IMG/VR virus record: IMGVR_UViG_3300025096_000010 | Location: 2,823-66,822 of that record | Length of the DNA stretch: 64,000 bases | Origin: a virus | Reading direction: 5' to 3' (one strand) | Part shown: piece after piece, positions 43,337 to 51,328 of the stretch | Position numbering within the stretch: the first letter of the stretch is position 1 | Layout of the letters: each line of letters opens with the position of its first letter | Position numbers and translations under genes: made by a program | The notes under the pieces: model-generated | The model's input: only the letters and a program-made list of their open reading frames with translations | What the model was told of the DNA's origin: nothing | Database searches by the model: none

Positions 43337-44260
43337 TTACAGTTGGATCAGGTCTTTCATTCGGTTAGTTCCAGCAATGACCTTGTTGCGGGAGTGTTCA
43401 TTGGCTTTCAAAATGTCAGCATCGAGATCCTCAAGGAGGCCCTTGCCGATAAGGATAGCTTCGTCCAGATCAGCACTGGGTCGGGGAGACTTACGGTCTG
43501 CCATCTCCAGATTCTCTACGAGTCGCTCGACTACAGACCCCGTGATGGGGCTACTGCTGGACTTGTTCTTAGCCTCGCACTGCTTGCCCACATGGGCGGC
43601 GGACTTAATCACTTCCTTCGTGACGTCGAGGGTTACAGCCTGAAGTCCATACTCCACCTGTTCCTTCTTGCGCTCGTCGAGTTTCTCTATCTCAACACGG
43701 AGCCGCTCGTCGAATACATCCGGCATGAAGCTGGTGACAATCGGGTCCTCAAACGTAGTGAAGGAGACTCGCTCCCCAACTGCATCTTGTGTGGGGAACC
43801 GGTGCCTGAACCTTATGAAGTCGTGACCAAGCCCTCGGCTAGTCGCGGCCTTGAGGAGGAGGTCGGGGTACCGTCGGAGGAAGTCCTGCTTGGCCACCTC
43901 AAACCGCTGCCTGTACTTGGACATTGTGTCAAGATACTCAGACAGGTATTCAGTAGACAGGAAGTACCAGCATCCCTTGGTGGATAGGTTGACCTTCTCG
44001 TTGGGGTCGGGCTTGTAGTCAAGCCACGGTGCGGATACCAACCGTTGGAACGCGGCGCGTCCTTCGGACTCGACAACCTTGAGTGTCTTGATGTCATCAC
44101 CATCTACCAAGTGTACCTGATGGCTATGCTGTCTTGCATTGGCATCCTTCTTCTTGGCTTGCTCTGCTGCCGCTTGCTTGTCATTCACCAGTGGGTTGAA
44201 GTGACATACGGTCAGCCTTACTTTGATCCCCTCACTGGAGGGGGTAGGTGTACTACTCAT
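43337..44260 (-). CDS. DUF3150-like helical protein
   Basis: FLRRYP..FPT..V..F pattern and position upstream of AAA/vWA genes. Confidence 0.5.
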   Translation of the reverse strand: MSSTPTPSSEGIKVRLTVCHFNPLVNDKQAAAEQAKKKDANARQHSHQVHLVDGDDIKTLKVVESEGRAAFQRLVSAPWLDYKPDPNEKVNLSTKGCWYFLSTEYLSEYLDTMSKYRQRFEVAKQDFLRRYPDLLLKAATSRGLGHDFIRFRHRFPTQDAVGERVSFTTFEDPIVTSFMPDVFDERLRVEIEKLDERKKEQVEYGLQAVTLDVTKEVIKSAAHVGKQCEAKNKSSSSPITGSVVERLVENLEMADRKSPRPSADLDEAILIGKGLLEDLDADILKANEHSRNKVIAGTNRMKDLIQL

Positions 44261-44349
44261 TTGTTTATACTTTGATTCCTTATGTGTGGTTAACCCTACA
44301 ACCTGCAGGAATCAGGATACAGGATGCAGGGTTGGGTTGCATTGTGACG

Positions 44350-44598
44350 TCAGCTGACGTCGGGAGGAGTGTTGAAGGAGTTCTCGGTGTTCACCCCATG
44401 CTCATCATATGGGTCGGGGTTAACTAAGATCTTGTCCCCGTCAATAGTGGCATAGCCCACCGCACTGGAGGCAGTTACCATCTTCATTGGTATTAGTCGT
44501 GGGATAAACGAGGGATGATTCCGAATCATACGTAGTATGGTGTGAGACATCGGAGCATTGAGGGCGCTCCACCTGTTGTAGATGTGATGTTGTATCAT
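44350..44598 (-). CDS. short protein resembling the N-terminus of the DUF2201 peptidase
   Basis: HPSFIPRLIPM..ATIDGDKILVNPDPY versus HPFFAPAMAGM..ACTDGRVIRFNPDF. Confidence 0.5.
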   Translation of the reverse strand: MIQHHIYNRWSALNAPMSHTILRMIRNHPSFIPRLIPMKMVTASSAVGYATIDGDKILVNPDPYDEHGVNTENSFNTPPDVS

Positions 44599-44602
44599 GG
44601 TT

Positions 44603-45292
44603 CTAACTCTTGGGGATGGGTTCAAAGAATACCTCATCAGGTTTGTGCACATACTTCATGGCATCCCGCTTGAGAACACGGGGTACCTTGCCGTTGATAA
44701 TACTATCCAGCTTGGCGGGCAGGTAGCCCGCTGCCTCAAGTGAGAACAGGAACCACCGTTCATCCTCTTCATCCTGCCATGCCGACTCTTCGTCACGGTG
44801 GTTGCGGAGGTGGAGGTGGCCGTGGATGTTGAGGTCGATACCCTCTGGCAGACTGTGATCTTCAGGGTCGAGGACATACGCGCCCCGTCTTTGGTCCCAC
44901 TCGGGTTCTTCATAACGGTTATACACTTCTGTCATCACAGGGTGGTGACTGAACAGGATGGTCTTACCCCCATACTTGAGGGTAAAGGTTTCCACCACAG
45001 CAGAGAACCCTGCGCGCAGATACCAGTGGGTCGAGTGACCGTCGTGGTTACCGAGGCACAGGATCTTGGTCCGTGCTGGACACTGAGCCAAGTAGTCGGG
45101 GAGCTGCCCCTCATCCTTGTCGATCACATCCCCGAGATGGATGAGGATGTCATGTGGGAAGAGTCGTTTCAACCCTTCCCCTGATAGGGCCGTGTGGTTA
45201 GGGGGCCTGACCCCACGCCTTACTATGCTGGAGAGATTCTCTGGCGTATCTATGTGGGTGTCACTGACTACCCATATGGTTGGTGTTCTCAT
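44603..45292 (-). CDS. calcineurin-like metallophosphoesterase
   Basis: SDTH, LGD, GNHD, SHHP, HGHLH. Confidence 0.9.
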   Translation of the reverse strand: MRTPTIWVVSDTHIDTPENLSSIVRRGVRPPNHTALSGEGLKRLFPHDILIHLGDVIDKDEGQLPDYLAQCPARTKILCLGNHDGHSTHWYLRAGFSAVVETFTLKYGGKTILFSHHPVMTEVYNRYEEPEWDQRRGAYVLDPEDHSLPEGIDLNIHGHLHLRNHRDEESAWQDEEDERWFLFSLEAAGYLPAKLDSIINGKVPRVLKRDAMKYVHKPDEVFFEPIPKS

Positions 45293-45684
45293 ACTTCAAT
45301 GTCGATGAATGCTTGGATGGTTGCTTCCTCTTCCTCAGTCAATGGATCTGAGGGGCGGATGGTGTGGTGCTTGTGCCCTCCTATCTTCTGGAATGCCTCC
45401 GACAACCCATCAATATCTGCCTGCTTAATGTTAAGGCAGCTACCGTCTGACAGTTTGTTCGACTGGACTACCATGTCCACCATATGGATGGCGTCTGTCC
45501 AGTCACCCTCGTTCCCGTCTTCCGTATGCTGAGGGCACGAGAAGGTGCAGGATAGGTTGTGGTCATCAAACGTGACTGACTCTACTGCAGCACAGATGTC
45601 GGCGGTTAACGCATCTGCTAACTCTTCTGTCGGGATCTCACGGAAGATGGTGAGAGCGACGTCTACTGTTTCTGTATCTTTCAT
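45289..45684 (-). CDS. hypothetical protein
   Basis: Start at ATG 45684. Confidence 0.5.
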   Translation of the reverse strand: MKDTETVDVALTIFREIPTEELADALTADICAAVESVTFDDHNLSCTFSCPQHTEDGNEGDWTDAIHMVDMVVQSNKLSDGSCLNIKQADIDGLSEAFQKIGGHKHHTIRPSDPLTEEEEATIQAFIDIEV

Positions 45685-45689
45685 AACGC

Positions 45690-46151
45690 TTATCTTATTG
45701 CTGACACTAGGGCATAGACGATGATACCAAAGGCAAGCCACGGGATGACCACACCAATGGCGTGGGCTACCCTACTTCTCTTCCGCCGATTGACTTGACG
45801 GAACCTACGTTTGCCCAGATCAACCTTGCGGTCACGGGGGGACTCCCACCAGAACTCCTCGGCCCTTGGTGTCATGCGGGGGTCACGCTTCCTGAAAGCC
45901 CTCCGCTCTTGCTGTTCCTGCCGACTGTGCGGGGGCGCGCTTTTCTCAAGGGTCCTATCTCCCATTGGTTCAACATCCCAGAGGATCTCAGTTTCGAGCG
46001 GTAGCGCGGTCACATCATCCGGCATATTTATACCCGCCCACTCATCGGTGTTGATGATTTCACCAGTGAGGTTGATGTGCTCGACACACCCCACATCCTT
46101 GGAGGTGGAGGCATCGAAGTATGTAATGCGGAAGGATCTATTTGTTCTCAT
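45690..46151 (-). CDS. hypothetical protein with C-terminal transmembrane helix
   Basis: Basic patch followed by AIGVVIPWLAFGIIVYALVSA. Confidence 0.55.
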   Translation of the reverse strand: MRTNRSFRITYFDASTSKDVGCVEHINLTGEIINTDEWAGINMPDDVTALPLETEILWDVEPMGDRTLEKSAPPHSRQEQQERRAFRKRDPRMTPRAEEFWWESPRDRKVDLGKRRFRQVNRRKRSRVAHAIGVVIPWLAFGIIVYALVSAIR

Positions 46152-46405
46152 ATCTTGATGACAAGGGTTGTCCGCGCTTGGTTGTTGATTTCGGCAACCT
46201 GCTTCTCGGTGATTTTATTGCCGACCACCTTCACGATCTGCTCGTTGTTACCAATGGAACCAATGTGTTCATTGTCCTGCTGGATACGGTTATGCATGGC
46301 AGGCCACACGGTGACGTTCTCCGTGTTACGGAGTTGCTTGATCGTGTAGTAGCGGTGCTCACCTTGATCACTGGTGAGCTTAACTGTTACGGTTATGTCT
46401 TTCAT
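46148..46405 (-). CDS. hypothetical protein
   Basis: 85 aa, ATGA overlaps. Confidence 0.55.
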   Translation of the reverse strand: MKDITVTVKLTSDQGEHRYYTIKQLRNTENVTVWPAMHNRIQQDNEHIGSIGNNEQIVKVVGNKITEKQVAEINNQARTTLVIKI

Positions 46406-46620
46406 CGGTCTTGAGTCTGCGTAAACGCATGGGTTAGTGAGTTAATCCCTACTTGAGGGGGTCGGACACCACGTTTGGTTATGCCAGCCTCCCCTAACGG
46501 GTGGCTGCAATCATCTGTAGTATTGAGCAAGTCTGTGACCTTGCGAAGGTGGAGTGGGGGCTTGGCTCGATCATTGAGATCGGCCTCTACCAAGGCCCGC
46601 GTTTCAGGTGACATACTCAT
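46402..46620 (-). CDS. hypothetical protein
   Basis: 72 aa, coupled. Confidence 0.45.
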   Translation of the reverse strand: MSMSPETRALVEADLNDRAKPPLHLRKVTDLLNTTDDCSHPLGEAGITKRGVRPPQVGINSLTHAFTQTQDR

Positions 46621-46623
46621 GCT

Positions 46624-46794
46624 CTACCTGTTGGCTATACGTTTGGTGAGACGGGCGCGCTCTTTCTTAGCGCCCCTGTTCTTACCGTTAATCTTATCCA
46701 GCATCTTGAGCTGGGCTCCATCGGTCCGCTTGGCACGGGCCGCTTGTCTCTGTGTCGCACGCTCTTGGCGTGCTATCTTCATTTGCTTTCTCAT
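46624..46794 (-). CDS. small basic phage protein (56 aa)
   Basis: MRKQMKIARQERATQRQAARAKRTDGAQLKMLDKINGKNRGAKKERARLTKRIANR; below ORF-track cutoff. Confidence 0.55.
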   Translation of the reverse strand: MRKQMKIARQERATQRQAARAKRTDGAQLKMLDKINGKNRGAKKERARLTKRIANR

Positions 46795-46809
46795 AAGAAT
46801 GGAAAGGGG

Positions 46810-47820
46810 TTGGTTCCGGCAGGGTTAGTAGCCACATCAAAGATGTTTGACCACTTGAATGCGTGCTGAAAGTAGGGTTACCGCCCCGCCATGTGTATCC
46901 AGAGCGTCCTCTGTTGAGTGGTGTTGGTAACTTCACCGGCATCGGTGGGTGTCTTAGGTTTACCCTCGACCCAGCAGTTCCGGTTCCTGATTACTACGCC
47001 ACGGTGTCGATACACACGGCGGGATAAGCCATATGTTTCCATTCGTCCGATACCTACAGGTCGGGTGGAATGACTCACGGCAGTGCATGGTGGGGACCCG
47101 AAGGCATCTGCCGCCTTTGCGGGGCGGACTGCCCACCTCTTGCTTACCTATCCTCACAGGGTGAAGGCACACTCCACCATGAGGGCTGTTGCAAAGTAAT
47201 GTGCTCCCCCTTTGATGCGGGTTAGTTTTACGTGGCCTATATTGACTGCACGGCGGAGGCGGGGAGCCTTCCTCAAAGCATCGTTGTTTCGTCTGGCCTG
47301 AGCTTCATCAGCCAGTGTTGGTATTATCCCCCAACTGGGTTCCCCATCCAGTAACGTGCCATAACAGGGGTACCCCAGACCTCAGACCCACCTACGAGGG
47401 CGGGTAACGTAGAGGTCTGGATCTTTCGGCGTTCGCAGGCAGCAAGCTCAAACATGGCAAGCCGCCAGAAAGTGCAGGGCCTTTTAACCTCATGCCCTAG
47501 GAGGGTGACGGTATTTGTAACTGCCCCTTGCCCACCGCTACCAATGTAGCTTGAGTGGATCGGACAAGCAACGCACACCTTATGGTGCACCACGGTGCCG
47601 CCGCCGTGTTACCCCGCCGTCGTTCGGGGTAAAGGGTAGCCCTCTCTCCAGTTTCATTACCGTCAGGCAGTTAGCAAGTGATCAAGCCAGAGCTTTTACC
47701 TACATGGCTCGATGGCCAGCGGTTGACCTACATCTCTTGCAGTCGGGATCTCTATGAGAGCCGACCATGAAACGTGCAGAGGAGATGCCGGTGGAACGGT
47801 ATGGAGAGAGGGCAAAGGGT
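46810..47820 (-). ncRNA. candidate large structured non-coding RNA (~1 kb)
   Basis: No credible CDS; dense nested stems with G-U pairs and a GNRA loop favouring the minus strand. Confidence 0.5.
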
Positions 47821-47929
47821 AAAGCTTTTGGTGGCCAAAAGTGGTAAAAAAACGAAGATTTGGCCACTAATAAATTCTAGGAATCAGGAATCAATAGTGT
47901 GTGTCCCACCACTTGGAGAACACTATGGA

Positions 47930-48214
47930 TCAGGCACGGAGGTAGTTATACAGGAAGTCCTGCACATCAGCGCGTTCGGGGTAGGTCAGTGGGCTCCTGT
48001 GCATAAGCCACAGGTATACCCCCGCTCTGCGGGGCTTCTTCTCTTCGTAGAACAACTCAAGAGCCTCATCACAAAGAGCACGGGTCTCGATGTAGCGGGT
48101 ACGTATAGCTACCCAATGATGTGAGTGTGCGTGGGGCACATCTTCACTGGGTGAAGCGTCAAGTTGACGGAGCATCTCGCGCTCGGTGTCGTTAACTATA
48201 TCAATCAGTTTCAT
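47930..48214 (-). CDS. hypothetical protein
   Basis: 94 aa. Confidence 0.5.
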   Translation of the reverse strand: MKLIDIVNDTEREMLRQLDASPSEDVPHAHSHHWVAIRTRYIETRALCDEALELFYEEKKPRRAGVYLWLMHRSPLTYPERADVQDFLYNYLRA

Positions 48215-48240
48215 TCAGTTCATTCAGTTTCATTCAGTTT
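48201..48240. repeat. tandem 9-10 nt repeat (CATTCAGTTT-like, x4)
   Basis: tcaatcagtt tcattcagtt cattcagttt cattcagttt. Confidence 0.8.
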
Positions 48241-48486
48241 CTCGGCAAACGAGCGCACCTCTCGGGCCGCTCCTCTACCTATGAGTTCCCGTCGTAAGGC
48301 ATAGGTATTACCCTGTGCCCCTATGATAATGGGCTCATCCGGCCAGTTGGATGGCACGGTGAGGGAGGTGATCTCCACTGTCCCTGTTGCCCTGATGTGG
48401 GTATCAAACAGGGAGGCGGCGAGCTGCGCCGCAAGCCCACCCCTTTGCAGGATGAGGCTACGGGCTGCGGTTATGTCTAGGTTCAT
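48220..48486 (-). CDS. hypothetical protein
   Basis: Start at ATG 48486, ATGA overlap. Confidence 0.5.
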   Translation of the reverse strand: MNLDITAARSLILQRGGLAAQLAASLFDTHIRATGTVEITSLTVPSNWPDEPIIIGAQGNTYALRRELIGRGAAREVRSFAEKLNETE

Positions 48487-48779
48487 GGGTTCAGGGGATA
48501 CCAGCTCCGCTTGTATCGGGCTACCCGCCCGATTCCCGTGCCGCACATGACCATCCGCCGCCAACAGTGGCGGCGATAGCGCCCACAGAGTGGGTCCTCT
48601 GAGGGTTGGGACGGTGCCTTTGCGGGGGCAAAGGCTTCAGGGTGCCTGCTCAACCATTCCACCATCACATCATCAACGATAATGCGTGTATAGGTGGTAT
48701 TGTCCCCGTTGTCGCAGATGACACGGGGGGTCGGGCGCTTGAGGGCGGAAGCCGCGCGCAGCTTGGTTATAGTTCTCAT
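48483..48779 (-). CDS. hypothetical protein
   Basis: Start at ATG 48779, ATGA overlap. Confidence 0.45.
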   Translation of the reverse strand: MRTITKLRAASALKRPTPRVICDNGDNTTYTRIIVDDVMVEWLSRHPEAFAPAKAPSQPSEDPLCGRYRRHCWRRMVMCGTGIGRVARYKRSWYPLNP

Positions 48780-48997
48780 GGGTTCAGTGGATAATTGCGT
48801 TTGAGGTGGTATCGGTCCTCCGCTCTGGCCTGTAGTATAGAGCAGGCTACTGAGGTGACAATACCTGACAGGGCAACCGAAGCTGGCAACAGCTCGACCC
48901 CCTTGGCGTAGTAGTCTACGCCGATTTTGATTACACCTGCAAAGAACAGGGCAATCCCAAGGCCCGTGAGGGCTCGGTATATTAGTATATGTCTCAT
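48776..48997 (-). CDS. small two-TM membrane protein
   Basis: Two hydrophobic helices. Confidence 0.55.
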   Translation of the reverse strand: MRHILIYRALTGLGIALFFAGVIKIGVDYYAKGVELLPASVALSGIVTSVACSILQARAEDRYHLKRNYPLNP

Positions 48998-49009
48998 GAT
49001 AGATAGGAA

Positions 49010-49262
49010 AGGGGGGTGTGAGAGTGAGTACGGGCTTGCATCCGGTTTTACTTCGGGTGCGGGCGGGCCTTTGCGGGGCTAGCGGCACACGATTCTACTC
49101 ATTCACTACTAAGGGAGATCAATCCCGTTTCGCTCCCGTCTTACGGTCCACGCCTTTCGGTTAGCGGATACCGGCTTACGGCTCTCGAAAGTCTGGGCTT
49201 ACTTCCCGTGGTTGCCCACCCACGCTTTCTTTATAGAGGGACAGTGCTACTGCCATCCTCTC
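49010..49262 (-). ncRNA. candidate structured RNA (~250 nt)
   Basis: Intergenic; multiple stems capped by GCAA/GAAA loops on the minus strand. Confidence 0.5.
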
Positions 49263-49267
49263 CCACC

Positions 49268-49534
49268 TTACTCGGTGAGGTGTGGGTTGGCCCTGTATAG
49301 GGCTTCCCACACAGATTGATCCACCGCGTGTTCCACGGGGTCACGGTTCAGGATACGGGATGCAGATGCACCCGCAAGGTGGTCACTAAAGTCCACCTTA
49401 GGTGGACTAAACGCGGGTTGGTTACCGCGTGCTTGCCATTGGCGACCGAGACGTCTGCGCTCTTGGCGCATTATCCGGTCGGGTTTGCAGATTCTCTTGG
49501 CGCTCTGCACTGACGCCCTATGGTTCTTACTCAT
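49268..49534 (-). CDS. hypothetical protein
   Basis: 88 aa, basic N-terminus. Confidence 0.45.
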   Translation of the reverse strand: MSKNHRASVQSAKRICKPDRIMRQERRRLGRQWQARGNQPAFSPPKVDFSDHLAGASASRILNRDPVEHAVDQSVWEALYRANPHLTE

Positions 49535-49622
49535 AACTTGTGACCCATACCCTCAGGCGAACCGGAGGGCAGGGGTCACAAGCGGGGTGGTTACCCATCC
49601 CGCAAGGACACACTTGTTGAGG

Positions 49623-50042
49623 TTACTTGGTTTCCGTGCGATCAATCGCAGTTCCCCACGTCGCAATCTGTCCGCCGAGGGAGAACGCGAAGGTCTTCAC
49701 GTTTACACCCGCGGCCTTGAACCGATCCCGAAGGCCGAGGAACAGTCCAACCTCTTCCGAGGTTGGTCCATTGGGGCCGAACGACTTGGGGTCGAACTTG
49801 TTCATGTCCACGGACATGTATTGATCTTCTCCGAGCTTCCACTCGGTCTTGACCAAGCCCAAGAGCTTGGCCGTTTCCATGAGGAGGGCATTACCAGCGG
49901 ACTGGAACTTCTTCCTGACGGCTTGACGCTTCTTCTTAGCCTCGCCCCGTCCGGGTTTCACCTCATCGGCGGCATCGAGAACCTCATTGAGGGACTCAAT
50001 CTTATCTTTTGGCTCCACAAGGGGAGCATTCTTATTAGCCAT
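49623..50042 (-). CDS. hypothetical early protein (139 aa)
   Basis: Start placed at ATG 50042 (MANKNAPL); codon choice skewed to C/G-ending codons. Confidence 0.6.
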   Translation of the reverse strand: MANKNAPLVEPKDKIESLNEVLDAADEVKPGRGEAKKKRQAVRKKFQSAGNALLMETAKLLGLVKTEWKLGEDQYMSVDMNKFDPKSFGPNGPTSEEVGLFLGLRDRFKAAGVNVKTFAFSLGGQIATWGTAIDRTETK

Positions 50043-50292
50043 ATGCTTGGTTGAGCGAAGGGTTATGTCCTTGCACTCACTCGCACCTCTCCATGCTCGG
50101 ATACAGGGTTCCGGTTCAGGGAGGGGGCGAGTGAGTGCAGGGACTGCTAGGGCTTGGCGGTTTTGCCAAGGTTGCACCTAGCAGCCCTGCACTCAACAAG
50201 TGTTAAAGTCTGATTCTAGAGTCTCCATCCGCGCGCTCCGCTAGAGGTGAGTGGCGTTCCCACTTTGCGAGGATCGGGTTGTCATGCCGAGC

Positions 50293-50514
50293 CTAACGGA
50301 TTATCAGCTTACTCTCTAAGGTGACTTTAGACTTCGCGCCTGTAGCGGCTCCGCGTCCTCCCATTACTGGTTGCGTCCCTTGTTTCATTCTACCCCGGGT
50401 CCGAAGATTGCCGTGGAATGATCGTGCACTCCGCTGTTTCCGCCGGGTTTTGGCAATGACTCTGGTTTCCCGATTGGACTCGCTTGTTGCGCCCGTTATG
50501 TCGCACTCCAGCAT
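50293..50514 (-). CDS. hypothetical basic protein
   Basis: 73 aa; weak support. Confidence 0.3.
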   Translation of the reverse strand: MLECDITGATSESNRETRVIAKTRRKQRSARSFHGNLRTRGRMKQGTQPVMGGRGAATGAKSKVTLESKLIIR

Positions 50515-50939
50515 GGCCCACTATGGTCATTCGCCCCCCATTGTGTAGCACTTCTTGACTCCCTCACACTCCACCGTGGTTCTTCACGGGTTCATCATGC
50601 TTGTTCGTCACACTGCATACGGATGGTTAAGTGATATGTTGTCAAGAACCGTCACTTGCAACGTCCCGCTTGCCGGGGAAGGGTCTCTCACCTTCATGGA
50701 ATGATCCGTTTCCGGTGCCGGGAACTGGCCTCCTGAGGAGAACCGCCCGGGGCGGGCTGAATCGCTTCAACCCCCTATGGGTCCAGAGAGGGGCCGTATG
50801 GACCGGCCCCATGAATCATGCGTCGTGAACCATGAACCACGCCACCCGTCCCCCCTCGCTTTTTGTGGCGCGCTACGTGTTGTGTGTGTATGTTGTGTGA
50901 AAAAATTTGACACCAGCTAAATGCACGCTAAAAAGCGTG

Positions 50940-51242
50940 ATGCGCGACGAGAAGAAGCACGATTACTACATAAAGAACAGAAAAGCACGCAGGGACTACC
51001 AGCGCGATTACTATGCTGTGAATAAGCGTAAGATACTCAAGCAGAGGGCTTTAGATATGCTAGCCGACCCCGAATTGGCCGACAAAAAGCGTGCATATAA
51101 CCGCGCATATTATCTAAAAAACCGTGCACGATTAAAAGCACGGCGGCTTGCCAAAGCTGAGGCCGCGAAAGCGGGAGCGCTGGGACAGCCCCCGTCAAAC
51201 AAAAGTTCAAATCCGACCCCCCACCCTAAAACTTTCTTCTAG
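50940..51242 (+). CDS. small basic Tyr/Arg/Lys-rich protein
   Basis: Repeated YYxxN motifs; TTGACA at 50907-50912 upstream. Confidence 0.55.
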   Translation: MRDEKKHDYYIKNRKARRDYQRDYYAVNKRKILKQRALDMLADPELADKKRAYNRAYYLKNRARLKARRLAKAEAAKAGALGQPPSNKSSNPTPHPKTFF

Positions 51243-51299
51243 AGAAGCTCAAACAAAAGTTCTAGAAATTAAGTTTGACTAACTCTAGAAGAAAGTTTT
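51228..51299. repeat. 72-bp interrupted palindrome with three evenly spaced TCTAGA sites
   Basis: AAAACTTTCTTCTAGAG (51228-44) and CTCTAGAAGAAAGTTTT (51283-99); inner TCAAAC/GTTTGA. Confidence 0.85.
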
Positions 51300-51328
51300 T
51301 ATATAGGGGGTAACGAAAACGCTTGAAA

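Noticed and set aside
47020-47280. RNase P-like GAGGAAGG and GGCTTAT words
   Set aside because: The P4 complementarity and the ordered conserved regions are missing
47285-47320. Hammerhead-like CTGATGA...GAAAC on the minus strand
   Set aside because: No proper stem II and no NUH with a stem III partner; the segment folds better as a simple CTGGC/GCCAG hairpin
46878-47757. Short ORFs of 66-89 aa within the structured tract
   Set aside because: Non-ATG or uncoupled starts, atypical composition and no recognisable motifs
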